Below, piece by piece: positions 20,082-30,329 of a stretch of 64,000 nucleotides of DNA. The first letter of the stretch is position 1. Each line of letters opens with the position of its first letter. The DNA is from Candidatus Micrarchaeota archaeon (GTDB lineage Archaea > Micrarchaeota > Micrarchaeia > Anstonellales > JAHKLY01): positions 128,001-192,000 of the forward strand of contig JAHKLY010000002.1 of the NCBI GenBank assembly GCA_020854825.1, read 5' to 3'. A model generated the notes under the pieces. It was not told where the DNA came from, made no database searches, and saw only the letters and a program-made list of their open reading frames with translations. A program made the translations under genes and the position numbers.

Positions 20082-23000
20082 TTAATCTTCGTGTTTTGGG
20101 CAGTAAAATTTATACCCGCAATTTCTACAAGGCCAATCATCTATAGTAGGTGTAAACGTATGTTCATAATCGTTAACTATATTTTTAGCGCAATCAATTA
20201 GCGCAGTTCTAATGTCATTAATATTAAATCCGTTAGTTGCGCCTTCAAATGATACTTCTCCATTATCATCTATAATCCCAGTAATTGGTTTATCAAGTCC
20301 AAGCATTTCTAATGTAATTTTCTTAGGTTTATATCCCATTTCAGTTAAAGCAACTGCATAAAATCCTAACTGCCATGCACGTTGTGTAGAAGTAGGTGCA
20401 ACGCCTGTTTTATAATCAACTATTTCAACCTCTTTTTTATCTAAATTTAAAAAATCTATTCTATCTGCTTTTCCATAAAATCTGAAACCTTCTAATTCAA
20501 ATGAGAGTTCAACTTCAACTTTAGAATTCTCGTCATATTTATCTTTATTTCTTTCCCAAAAAATTGTTAACATATCTTTAACTTCATTTATATCAATTTC
20601 TTTCCAATTTGGCTCTTTACTCATATCTTCGGCAATACTAAAAAACTCTTCTTTAGTTCTTACATTTCTATCAACACCTTTTTCAAGAACTTCATGCACA
20701 AAAGAACCTACTGATGCTCTATTAAAATCAAATCCTCCTCTTTCAGGCATATGAAATAACTTACTAAATTCATATTTTTTAGGACATTCTAAATATGTCA
20801 TTGTAGCTGTAGGACTAAACGTAAATGAAGAAGGAGTAAATTTAAGTCCTGAAGAACAGGTTTCACACATTTTAAGCTGTTCTTTCATCTCATCTTTATC
20901 AATTAATGTATTTAAATCAACTGATAAATCAATTATTCTGCCTTCTCTCATTGTATAATAATTCGCAAGTCTAGACATTAATGAATCTAAATTCTCACTA
21001 TCTAATGCTTTAATAAATTGGTCTTTTAATTTATATTTAAACTGTTCGTATTCAGACACTGGAGCTAAGAAAGTATATCTTTCTTCTTCATCAACAGTAA
21101 ATTCAATATCATTATTTTCCAAATAATTCATTTCATCTAAAAATATAGATTGTTGTGTTGAGTCTTCATCATTATTATAAGATCTAGCATATGTTAAAAC
21201 TAATTCTTCTTTAGTTCTTGTTAATGCAACATAACATAATCTTCTTTCTTCTAATAATAAACTATCTTTTTCATATTCTTTAATAGCTTTTTCAATATCA
21301 ACATCTCCTAATGTATTAATATATTCTTTAATTGCTGGATTAAGAACTTTAGGTATTAAAGGTTCTTTATATGTTCTTTCAACAGGAAATCTTTTGTATG
21401 CAAGATTAGTAAAAATTACTTTCTTAAATTGTAAACCCTTAGTTGCGTGAATAGTCATTAATCTAACTGCATCAATATCCTTAACTTTTGATGCAGGAAT
21501 ACTAACATTTAACTTATCTAAAATTTCAATATAATGTATAAAAGAACTTAATTTTTTAGAATGTGTGTTATAATAATTCTCGGCTATATCATAAAACTGT
21601 TTAAGATTCATTAATGCTTCAGTATTTTTAATATTTCTTTCATGTGAAAAAGCACGGCTTAATCCTGTAAATTCATATATATCTAAAATAATTTCTGGAA
21701 AAGGTTTATCTGATGAATCATTAACTTTTTGTAATCCATCAACAACTCGTTTAACAATTTTTTTACCTTCCTCAGATAACTCAAGATTAGTTAAATTATA
21801 GAGCATTGTATAATCTACAGATTCATCTCTTTTTTTCTTCAAATACCTCCCTATTTTTATACTATCTTTAGGAGATAAATTATTTTTTTTAGTAAATAAA
21901 CTCCACCATGACTGTTCTCCAGTACCTGTTCGTTCAATTAAATTATTAAGTATTGATAAATAAGCAACAACTGTTTTTATTTCAGATTTTTCCATCATAT
22001 CTGTTTGTCCTACTGAGACAAACAAAATATTTCTTGCTTCTAATGCTTTTTTCATAAGCTTTGCTTGTTTGTGTGTTCTGCATAATACACAAATTTCTTT
22101 TAATGGAGTTCCTTTTTTAATTTCTTCTTCTACTAATTCTGCAACCTTACATGCTTCTTCATCTTTATTTTTTAATTCAATTACTTTTACTTTTTCTCCT
22201 TCTTTTTCTTGAGCGTTTTCAATTAAAAAACAAGTATCTGTATCATCAAAATTATTTTTAATTAATGTATGTGCTGTCCTAAGAACAGTATTGGGAGATC
22301 TATGACTTTTATTTAATTTAAAAATATTAGTTGTTTCTAAATTAAATTCTTGTTTAAAATGTTTAAAATTATCCATATATGCTCCTCTAAATGCATATAT
22401 AGATTGATTAGGATCACCAACAACTGTTATATTCCCATGATCTTTTGCTAAAAAAGAAATTAATTCAAATTGAAGTTTATTTGTATCTTGAAATTCATCA
22501 ATTAGAATATATTTATATTTTTTTGCGACTTCTTCAGCACCAAAAGTTCTAAATAATGAAACAACATTTGAATTAAGATCAGAATAATCCAAATAATTTT
22601 TTTCTTTTTTCATATCTACATATCTTTTCCAAGCAGAAACAAAATTTGAATATTTTTCATATTCATTATAATTATCTAAATATTTTTTTATCTCTCGTTT
22701 TCTATCTCTTAATATTTTTCTCTGTTCTTTTGTATCTGAAGGTTCTAGGTGAAGTAATTTTATTTCAACATTAAGTTCTCTAATATATTCTTCTAAATTT
22801 CCTATGTCTTTGAACTCCTTACCAATTTCTTCAGTATACTTTTCTATATCTTCTAAAGAAATACCAAAATCTTTTGCTGTTGAAATTGAAGATTCATATA
22901 AATCTGCATTATATGCAGATACATCTAAATCTTTATGTAAAAATACTTTTGCGTCATCAGGTAATAGAATCTCAAAACCTGAATTTATCCCTATTTTATC

Positions 23001-23294
23001 CCCAAATTCTTTAAGAACATCTGCTGAAAATCCATGAAAGGTTCTAATAGTAATATTTGTTCTTTGTTTTAATTCTTTTTCAACTTCTTCTTTTAGATTA
23101 TTTGTAGCTTCATTTGAAAATGTAAGACATAAAATTTCAGATGGATCATAAATATTATTTTTAATCAAATGTGCTATTTTTTTAGTTAAAGTAAAGGTTT
23201 TTCCTGTTCCTGGACCTGCAATTATTAAACAAGGTCCTTTTGTTTCTTCAACAGCTTTTTTTTGTTCAACATTTAACTCTTTTTTAATATCCAT
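20082..23294 (-). CDS. UvrD/PcrA SF1 helicase fused to a C-terminal PD-(D/E)XK nuclease (AddB/Cas4-like, probable Fe-S cluster)
   Basis: Helicase motifs AGPGTGKT, DEFQDTN, VGDPNQSIYAFRGA, TIHATKGLQF, EERRLCYVALTR. Nuclease motifs YLECP, GKADRID, IVDYKTG, QL..Y, CRNCGYKFYC. Confidence 0.93.
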   Translation of the reverse strand: MDIKKELNVEQKKAVEETKGPCLIIAGPGTGKTFTLTKKIAHLIKNNIYDPSEILCLTFSNEATNNLKEEVEKELKQRTNITIRTFHGFSADVLKEFGDKIGINSGFEILLPDDAKVFLHKDLDVSAYNADLYESSISTAKDFGISLEDIEKYTEEIGKEFKDIGNLEEYIRELNVEIKLLHLEPSDTKEQRKILRDRKREIKKYLDNYNEYEKYSNFVSAWKRYVDMKKEKNYLDYSDLNSNVVSLFRTFGAEEVAKKYKYILIDEFQDTNKLQFELISFLAKDHGNITVVGDPNQSIYAFRGAYMDNFKHFKQEFNLETTNIFKLNKSHRSPNTVLRTAHTLIKNNFDDTDTCFLIENAQEKEGEKVKVIELKNKDEEACKVAELVEEEIKKGTPLKEICVLCRTHKQAKLMKKALEARNILFVSVGQTDMMEKSEIKTVVAYLSILNNLIERTGTGEQSWWSLFTKKNNLSPKDSIKIGRYLKKKRDESVDYTMLYNLTNLELSEEGKKIVKRVVDGLQKVNDSSDKPFPEIILDIYEFTGLSRAFSHERNIKNTEALMNLKQFYDIAENYYNTHSKKLSSFIHYIEILDKLNVSIPASKVKDIDAVRLMTIHATKGLQFKKVIFTNLAYKRFPVERTYKEPLIPKVLNPAIKEYINTLGDVDIEKAIKEYEKDSLLLEERRLCYVALTRTKEELVLTYARSYNNDEDSTQQSIFLDEMNYLENNDIEFTVDEEERYTFLAPVSEYEQFKYKLKDQFIKALDSENLDSLMSRLANYYTMREGRIIDLSVDLNTLIDKDEMKEQLKMCETCSSGLKFTPSSFTFSPTATMTYLECPKKYEFSKLFHMPERGGFDFNRASVGSFVHEVLEKGVDRNVRTKEEFFSIAEDMSKEPNWKEIDINEVKDMLTIFWERNKDKYDENSKVEVELSFELEGFRFYGKADRIDFLNLDKKEVEIVDYKTGVAPTSTQRAWQLGFYAVALTEMGYKPKKITLEMLGLDKPITGIIDDNGEVSFEGATNGFNINDIRTALIDCAKNIVNDYEHTFTPTIDDWPCRNCGYKFYCPKHED

Positions 23295-23356
23295 AATATA
23301 AATATATTTAATATGTTTTTAAACCCTTCTTAAGAGTACATTTCCGGATGAGATAA

Positions 23357-24030
23357 TTAATTACTCCAAGTATCTGAAATTTCATCATATCCCATACTAA
23401 AATAATTTTCTCCTTCATCTAAATTTACATAACAATGTAAAAGCTTCTTACCATCCATCATATGAGTATACTGATTATGTTGTGACATTTCTCCTGTATC
23501 TTTACAAACATTTGTTTCTAACATAAATGATACATGGTCTCTGTTATCATAATGCTGTTTTAATGTATTATAATAATTAAAAGCTAAATTTCCATCTGTT
23601 GTTCTTAAAGTTAACTTATACATATAATCTTCCCAGGTTTTACTTGATGGATTAACAAAACTTAAGGTAGGCAAATTACATCAAAATAATGTTTTCCTTC
23701 ATCTACATTTTGAGTTAAATATAAATATTTTACATTTGCATTTGAGGTCCAAAAACTTGCTTTAAAATCAGTTCTTGCTAATGCCACTTCTTGTTCATTC
23801 ATTATTGAATCCTCCATGGGTGGAATTCCTTCTTCAAATATCTCTTCATGAAATTCTTCATTCATTTCCTCTTCAAAAATTTCTTCATCAGATTCAGCAT
23901 AAATCATATCTTCTGGATATATTTCTTCTAATACATCATAATAACTAAATAATTCTGAAAATACAAACGAAGAAAATATAAATAATATTAAAATCATAAT
24001 AAAACTGATATAAATCTTATTTAAATTCAT
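23357..24030 (-). pseudogene. probable frameshifted or truncated secreted protein (ORFs 23662-24030 and 23357-23674)
   Basis: The upstream ORF has a signal peptide and acidic linker and ends FDVICLP*. The downstream frame opens at the same point with only a TTG start and no SD. Confidence 0.45.
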
Positions 24031-24092
24031 TAAATCTCCCCCTATTTAATTTTAATTTAATAAATAACAAACCAAAACTTTTTATTTGTTCT

Positions 24093-24815
24093 GTGCTTAT
24101 TTTAACTGGTGATATATTGGCAGAAGAAGAAAATTTGCGCAAAAGACCAAGTTCTTCATTAGGTGGAACTACTATCGAGCCTTATGAAGAAAAAAAAGAA
24201 TTTCCTAAAGGAAAACCTCCTGCATATCCATATGAAGAAAAAACTGAAGAAAAAATAGAAAAAATAAAAAAGAAAATAGAAAAAATAAAGGAAAAACCAA
24301 AGCCGCACCAAATTCATGAAAAACACGAAAAAAAATTTACAACTAATATTTTACCTATCTTAGCAATCATCTTATCATTAATAGCAATATCTTTAGTATT
24401 AACCCAAGGAATAGACAAAAACGAATTAAAGGGAATTGCAAGCGACTTAAGAGCATTAAATAATAAACAAATTTCAATTAATATACCAATTGAATCAAAT
24501 TTAACTTTTAATGATATACCCTCAAATCAATTATTTAATGGAAAACAAATAATTCCAGTATATTTTGAAATACCTATAACACAAACAATGAAAGGAAAAG
24601 ATATAAGGACGGGTATATTAATGGAAGTTGAAATAAATGATAATATACTAGTACAAGGAGACATCACTATTGATTTAACAAATTCAAATGTATCTTTACA
24701 GTTAAACAAACCTGCAAAAGCAGTTGGAGAAACAACTTCAATAATACTTGTCAGAGACGTTTATGGAAATGAAATTTCTTCAATTGCTGAAAGATTAGAT
24801 AGATTATCAGAATAA
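24093..24815 (+). CDS. single-pass membrane hypothetical protein
   Basis: Charged N-terminus, TM helix ILPILAIILSLIAISLVL, beta-rich C-terminus. Confidence 0.7.
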   Translation: MLILTGDILAEEENLRKRPSSSLGGTTIEPYEEKKEFPKGKPPAYPYEEKTEEKIEKIKKKIEKIKEKPKPHQIHEKHEKKFTTNILPILAIILSLIAISLVLTQGIDKNELKGIASDLRALNNKQISINIPIESNLTFNDIPSNQLFNGKQIIPVYFEIPITQTMKGKDIRTGILMEVEINDNILVQGDITIDLTNSNVSLQLNKPAKAVGETTSIILVRDVYGNEISSIAERLDRLSE

Positions 24816-25753
24816 ATAATCTGATACTCAAAAATATTTACTATCTCTCCTTTATCTACTAATAAAGTTAATTTAACTTGTATACTTTCATTAAGTTCGT
24901 GTAATTTAGAAGACTGCACTACAAAATCCATAGGGATATATATCCCTTCTTGTTTAGAAGGTAAAAGTAATACATTCACTGTTTGACTTGTTTTTATTGA
25001 ATACTCATATCCTTCCAATTCATTGATAATCTCTTCATACTCTTCTTTTGGATTAATTAATTCAAAAACCGCAGAAGAATCAATAAAAGATACATTATAT
25101 TTGTCTTCCAAAACTCCTTGTTTTTCAACATCTTCTAAATTTAAAGTTAGTTTAGTATTTTTGATTTGTTTAACCTCTGCATCTAGCGTGATTTCTGTTA
25201 AATGGGGAGCTAATTCAAAACCTACTAACTGAATAATTTTTTCGTATTGAACATACGCTGCAAATTCAATTGTAATGTTATCTCCGATATTGTATATTGG
25301 TGCAGTTTTAATTACTACATATACATCTTCTGCTTCTACTTCTCCAATTTTTTCAGGGAATTTAAGATTTACTCCAGTAATTACTGAATATCCATTTTCA
25401 ATAAGAAGGTCAGAAACATTTTTTGTATATTGGCTACTTTTTAGATTGAATATTGTTTCATTATTACTAATATATGTTTCAGAATCTAACCAATCATTAT
25501 CTTTTAATTGTTCTTTAATTTGTTTTAATTCACCAATATTTCCAGAAACTGTTATTGAACTTGAATAACTCGAAACAGTGACTTGTGTTTCACCTTGAAT
25601 TACATATATTTCTTTTGAAACTTCTTTTTTTGGAGTACTGCTTTCTCTAATACCTTGTAAAAAAGGCATTGCAATCATTTGTAAAACAAAAATTCCAATT
25701 ATTGCTAATACTGCTATCTTTAATAATAATTTTTTATCCATACATATATTCAC
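24761..25753 (-). CDS. membrane-anchored hypothetical protein
   Basis: N-terminal TM helix. The 3' end overlaps the convergent gene by 55 bp. Confidence 0.7.
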   Translation of the reverse strand: MNICMDKKLLLKIAVLAIIGIFVLQMIAMPFLQGIRESSTPKKEVSKEIYVIQGETQVTVSSYSSSITVSGNIGELKQIKEQLKDNDWLDSETYISNNETIFNLKSSQYTKNVSDLLIENGYSVITGVNLKFPEKIGEVEAEDVYVVIKTAPIYNIGDNITIEFAAYVQYEKIIQLVGFELAPHLTEITLDAEVKQIKNTKLTLNLEDVEKQGVLEDKYNVSFIDSSAVFELINPKEEYEEIINELEGYEYSIKTSQTVNVLLLPSKQEGIYIPMDFVVQSSKLHELNESIQVKLTLLVDKGEIVNIFEYQIIYSDNLSNLSAIEEISFP

Positions 25754-25816
25754 CTTAAAAACTTAATGTTTTAATATATAATAAAATACTTTTAAATATC
25801 TATAGGAGGTTTTAAA

Positions 25817-26404
25817 ATGGATGAAAAAGACATCATACAAATAACGTATACAACAAAAGATGCGGATACAAAAGAGATAATAGAAGATAGAAAGGAACCC
25901 TTATTATTACAATTAAAAAATAGTAATTTACCGGATAAAGTTAAAGATACATTAAAAAACATGAAACAAGGAGAAGACAAAGAAGTTTTTGCTGAAAAAC
26001 CATTTGGAGAAAGACAAAAAGATTTAATCAATGTAGTTTCATTAAAACAATTTACATCTAATAAAATTAATCCGTTTCCTGGCTTAATTGTTGATTTAGA
26101 CGGTCATAGAGCATTAGTTAAAGCAGTTAGTGGCGGAAGAGTAGTTGTTGATTTTAATCATCTATTGGCTGGTAAAAATCTATTATATAATCTAAACGTA
26201 CTTAAAGTTATAGAAAAAGATAAAGAAAAAATAGAAGCATTAGTTGAATCTCAAGATATGAAAGGAGAAATTGACATTAAAGAAAAAAAAGGTACTATTA
26301 AATTGACTGATAAAGGAGATGTAAAAACAGCTACCCAACGAAAAAATGCATTGTTTATTGCACTTAAACAATTCTTACCAGAATTAGAAATCAAATTAGA
26401 GTAG
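25817..26404 (+). CDS. archaeal FKBP/SlyD-type peptidyl-prolyl isomerase
   Basis: FGER, PFPGL.V..DG, SGGRVVVDFNHLLAGK. Confidence 0.88.
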   Translation: MDEKDIIQITYTTKDADTKEIIEDRKEPLLLQLKNSNLPDKVKDTLKNMKQGEDKEVFAEKPFGERQKDLINVVSLKQFTSNKINPFPGLIVDLDGHRALVKAVSGGRVVVDFNHLLAGKNLLYNLNVLKVIEKDKEKIEALVESQDMKGEIDIKEKKGTIKLTDKGDVKTATQRKNALFIALKQFLPELEIKLE

Positions 26405-26410
26405 GTACAT

Positions 26411-27124
26411 ATGTTTGATATTGAAAACGTAAATAATACTAATTACTTGTCTCTAATAAAAACAATGCAAGAAAAAGATAAGATTATTTTAGAAAAATCA
26501 AAAGAGGATGAAGATTCTCTTTTATTTTCTTCTTTTGAAAATGGGTTTGAATCTATAGATTATATACTACTTGAACCAAGAACTGCATTTGCAACACCTG
26601 TAAAATATTTTCAAAATTTATATATAAATACTGAAAAATGGCCATTTATATGGAGACATAATTCAACAAGAGCAATTGGATTTAAAAAGTCTAATATTTT
26701 TTTAATTTCAAAACACATGTATGCAGATGAAAGTGGTTTTTCACATTATTTATTTTTAAAATTTAGTAAAGATGAAATAAAAGTACAAAAAGATTTAAAT
26801 TTAAGTTTAAGTTTTGACGGAGATAAAGAAGTTTTTGATCTAAAAACAGGAGAAACTAAAAAAATTTATATACAATTTAATTTTATCCAAAAACCATTTC
26901 ATAAAACTCAAAAACAAAGAGCACAACATACTGCCATGTATAAAAATGCTTATAGGGGGGGAAACATAACCCAAGCTGCTTCTAAATTTGAGGACTATAT
27001 AGTAACTGTCCCTCATTTTTCACCTCATCCATATTTATTATTAAATGGGTTTGAAAAATTAGGGTTTGAAAAACGCTCTGATATGCAAAAAGCTGTTTTT
27101 GATTATTTATTAACAAAATTATAA
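26411..27124 (+). CDS. hypothetical protein
   Basis: 237-codon ORF, co-oriented and tightly spaced with its neighbours. Confidence 0.7.
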   Translation: MFDIENVNNTNYLSLIKTMQEKDKIILEKSKEDEDSLLFSSFENGFESIDYILLEPRTAFATPVKYFQNLYINTEKWPFIWRHNSTRAIGFKKSNIFLISKHMYADESGFSHYLFLKFSKDEIKVQKDLNLSLSFDGDKEVFDLKTGETKKIYIQFNFIQKPFHKTQKQRAQHTAMYKNAYRGGNITQAASKFEDYIVTVPHFSPHPYLLLNGFEKLGFEKRSDMQKAVFDYLLTKL

Positions 27125-27169
27125 ATCCAAGGGACAGATTTATAAATAAATTCCTTGTAATTAAAACAT

Positions 27170-28834
27170 ATGGTAGAAGAAGAGCTTAAGAACAAAGGAA
27201 CACCTGATGCAAAAAATTATTATCACAAAGGAAACGTTTATTTTGAAAAAGGGAATTATGAAAAAGCTATTGAAAATTATAATATGGCCATAATTCTAAA
27301 CCCTAATTTTTCAGAAGCATATTTTTCAAGAGGGCTAGCATATTATAATTTAAAAGACTTCACTAAATCTGCAAGAGATTATACTAAATCTATGGAACTA
27401 GACCCTAATAATCCTGTTATATACAATAACAGAGGAGATGCATATTACAGAAAACAAGAATTTGATAAAGCAATAAAAGATTATGATAAAGCACTTTCAT
27501 TAAATCCAAGATATTTAAAAGCATACTACAATAGAGGATTAGCATATGCATGTAAACAAAATTATGAAACAGCTATTGAAGATTTTAATAAAGTAATAGA
27601 ATTAAATCCAAACTTTGCAGAAGCATATCATGTACGAGGATTAGCATATGATTATATGAATCAAATGGATAAAGCTATGCAAGATTATGATAAAGCAATA
27701 GAATTAAACCCCAATTTTACTGAAGCTAAACAACACAGAGAATTAGCAAAAAGTAAAGCAGAAGGAGGAGAATATGAAACTTCCTCAATTGGAGGAGGAG
27801 AAAAAGGAAAAGGAGTAAATGCAGCTAAATTATTAGAAAAACCTAACATGTCTTTTGATGATGTTGCGGGCATGAAACAATTAAAAGAAACAATTAGAGA
27901 AAATATTGTTTATCCTATGATGAAACCTGACTTAGCTAGAAAATATGGTAGGCTAGGGGGCGGGGGATTAATGCTTTATGGCCCTCCAGGTTGTGGTAAA
28001 ACATTTATATTAAAAGCAGCAGCAGGAGAATGTAAAGCATCATTTATGAATGTAAAATTATCAGATGTTTTAGACCAATATGTTGGGGGAACTGAAAAAA
28101 ATATACATAATATTTTTGAAATGGCAAGAAAAAATGCACCTTGTATCTTGTTTGTAGATGAAATAGATGCACTAGGAGGAAGAAGAGATAAAATGGGAGA
28201 AAGCGGCCAATATATGAAAGCAGCTGTTAATCAATTATTATATGAAATGGATGGAGTAGAAGCAAATAATGAGGATGTACTTGTAATAGGAGCAACAAAC
28301 GCACCTTGGGATGTTGATCCTGCATTAAGAAGATCTGGAAGATTAGGTAAAACTATTTATGTAGGTGAACCAGACTTTACTTCTAGAAAAGCAATATTAA
28401 AAATTCATGCAAAAAAAAGACCATTGGGTAGGGCAGTTGGTTGGAATAGATTAGCAATAGCAACTTGTGGATATGCATCTGCAGATTTAAAGGCAATTGT
28501 TGATGATGCATGTGCAATTCCTTGGAGAGAAGCTTTCCATAAAGGAAATGAAAGAAATGTAGGAATGAACGATTTCTTAAAAGCAGTAAAAAAGAAAAAA
28601 TCTTCTCTACCCCCTTGGTATGCACAAGCAAATAAACAGATTGGACAACAAGAAGAAAAAACAATTGTAGATGGAAAAGAACATTTGAAGATAACAGAAA
28701 GTAAGATGGGACCTGCAGAAAAAGCGGCATTTAAAGAATTATTAGATGTTATAAAAAAGAATAATAAGTGGTACTACAAAATATATCGGTGGATAGTAAA
28801 ATACTTTGGATTATATTTCCCCATTCCAATATAG
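27170..28834 (+). CDS. TPR-repeat plus AAA+ ATPase (CDC48/Vps4 clade)
   Basis: About 5 TPRs (AYYNRGLAY...AIEDFNKVIELNP), then FDDVAG, GPPGCGKT, FVDEIDAL, ATNAPWDVDPALRRSGRL. Confidence 0.92.
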   Translation: MVEEELKNKGTPDAKNYYHKGNVYFEKGNYEKAIENYNMAIILNPNFSEAYFSRGLAYYNLKDFTKSARDYTKSMELDPNNPVIYNNRGDAYYRKQEFDKAIKDYDKALSLNPRYLKAYYNRGLAYACKQNYETAIEDFNKVIELNPNFAEAYHVRGLAYDYMNQMDKAMQDYDKAIELNPNFTEAKQHRELAKSKAEGGEYETSSIGGGEKGKGVNAAKLLEKPNMSFDDVAGMKQLKETIRENIVYPMMKPDLARKYGRLGGGGLMLYGPPGCGKTFILKAAAGECKASFMNVKLSDVLDQYVGGTEKNIHNIFEMARKNAPCILFVDEIDALGGRRDKMGESGQYMKAAVNQLLYEMDGVEANNEDVLVIGATNAPWDVDPALRRSGRLGKTIYVGEPDFTSRKAILKIHAKKRPLGRAVGWNRLAIATCGYASADLKAIVDDACAIPWREAFHKGNERNVGMNDFLKAVKKKKSSLPPWYAQANKQIGQQEEKTIVDGKEHLKITESKMGPAEKAAFKELLDVIKKNNKWYYKIYRWIVKYFGLYFPIPI

Positions 28835-30329
28835 GAGAGATCAAATGACATTTAAAAATATAATACTCACAATCTTTCTCTTAATTCTATTTATCCCAAT
28901 ACATTATGCATTATTAAATATTCCCGTCAATCAAATAGATGAAAGTTTAAATGCATCTGTATTAATTAAAGAAAAAGAATTTACTAAACCAATAGAAGAA
29001 ATAACAATATTAGCAACTATTGAAAATCCAGTAAATAAACGATTTGTTTTATATTTATTAAAAAAAGAAGATATTGAATATAAACCTATCCAAACAATGG
29101 GAATTGCCGAACCTTATTCTATAATTAATTTAAATATAACTATTAAAACCGAATATTTGGGAACTCCTTATAAAAATAATACTTATGCTTTAGTACTATC
29201 AGACGAAGCAGGAATAATTAAAGGAAAAACTTTTTTATTACAAGAAGACTGGTCAAAATATGAATCAAATACTGCAGAAACAATTGCAAAAGCGCATATA
29301 CTTTTAGTCCCTGCAATATCTTTAATTTCAATATTAATTCTAATGATATTAATAGAATCTGCATTTCATAGACATATTAAAGGACTATTAGTTAATGAAT
29401 ATACCTTAAATTCATTATTTTTTCCAAAATTAAAAGATAGACCTTATGAAGAAAAAATAGCAAGTATAATGATGAATCCAATATTTTGGATTTTTGAACT
29501 ATTATTAGTAGGAGTATTATTTTATTTTATATTTAATTCCATAAATAATAAATTAAGTTTTGATATTACGGCACAATTATTTGCAATATCTGGTTTATCT
29601 GCGTTTTTATTTCCCTTAATCTACTTAGGATTGGTTTGGTTTTTAGAAATGAAACCTTTGAGATTTTTATGGTCATTATTTCTTTTTGGTTCAGTATCTG
29701 CATTATTTGCATTTATTTTGAATACTCTCATAGGAGAATTTATATTATCTACTTTCTTTTCAACATTAGCAAGTGGTTCTTTAATTTTAGTAAGTGCTGC
29801 TTTAATCGCACCAATAATTGAAGAATCTGTAAAAGGATTAGGATTATTAGTAATGTCAGGACACCATGAATATGATGATATACTTGCTGGTTTATTCTTT
29901 GGTTTTGCAATAGGAGTCGGATTCTCATTTGTTGAAAACTGGTTTTATTTTGCATCAAAGACTAATCCTTTTGAAATAGGATTTTTAGCATGGATTCAAT
30001 TAATTATATATAGATCCTTCTTTAATTCATTAGCACACGGTGCAATAACTGGAACGGGGGGTGCAATAATTGGATATTTAAAATCTTACACTCCTGCCAG
30101 AAAGTATATACGACTAGGATTTTTAGCTGCTTTATTAATAGCTATACCCTTACATTCATTATTTAATATTACTGCATTATTAGATGGAAATATAAAATCA
30201 ATTGATTTATCTTTAGGATTACCTTTTGTGTTTAATCCATTATTCGTTGTTTTTTTAACAATAATATTTGTTTGTATTTATTTTATAGGAACAAGTAATA
30301 GATTAAAAAGTATGGTGAATTCAAGATGA
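28806..30329 (+). CDS. PrsW-family glutamic intramembrane protease with an N-terminal extracellular domain (start probably ATG at 28845)
   Basis: APIIEESVK, GVGFSFVEN, HG and H.LFN motifs, many TM helices. Confidence 0.88.
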   Translation: MDYISPFQYRRDQMTFKNIILTIFLLILFIPIHYALLNIPVNQIDESLNASVLIKEKEFTKPIEEITILATIENPVNKRFVLYLLKKEDIEYKPIQTMGIAEPYSIINLNITIKTEYLGTPYKNNTYALVLSDEAGIIKGKTFLLQEDWSKYESNTAETIAKAHILLVPAISLISILILMILIESAFHRHIKGLLVNEYTLNSLFFPKLKDRPYEEKIASIMMNPIFWIFELLLVGVLFYFIFNSINNKLSFDITAQLFAISGLSAFLFPLIYLGLVWFLEMKPLRFLWSLFLFGSVSALFAFILNTLIGEFILSTFFSTLASGSLILVSAALIAPIIEESVKGLGLLVMSGHHEYDDILAGLFFGFAIGVGFSFVENWFYFASKTNPFEIGFLAWIQLIIYRSFFNSLAHGAITGTGGAIIGYLKSYTPARKYIRLGFLAALLIAIPLHSLFNITALLDGNIKSIDLSLGLPFVFNPLFVVFLTIIFVCIYFIGTSNRLKSMVNSR

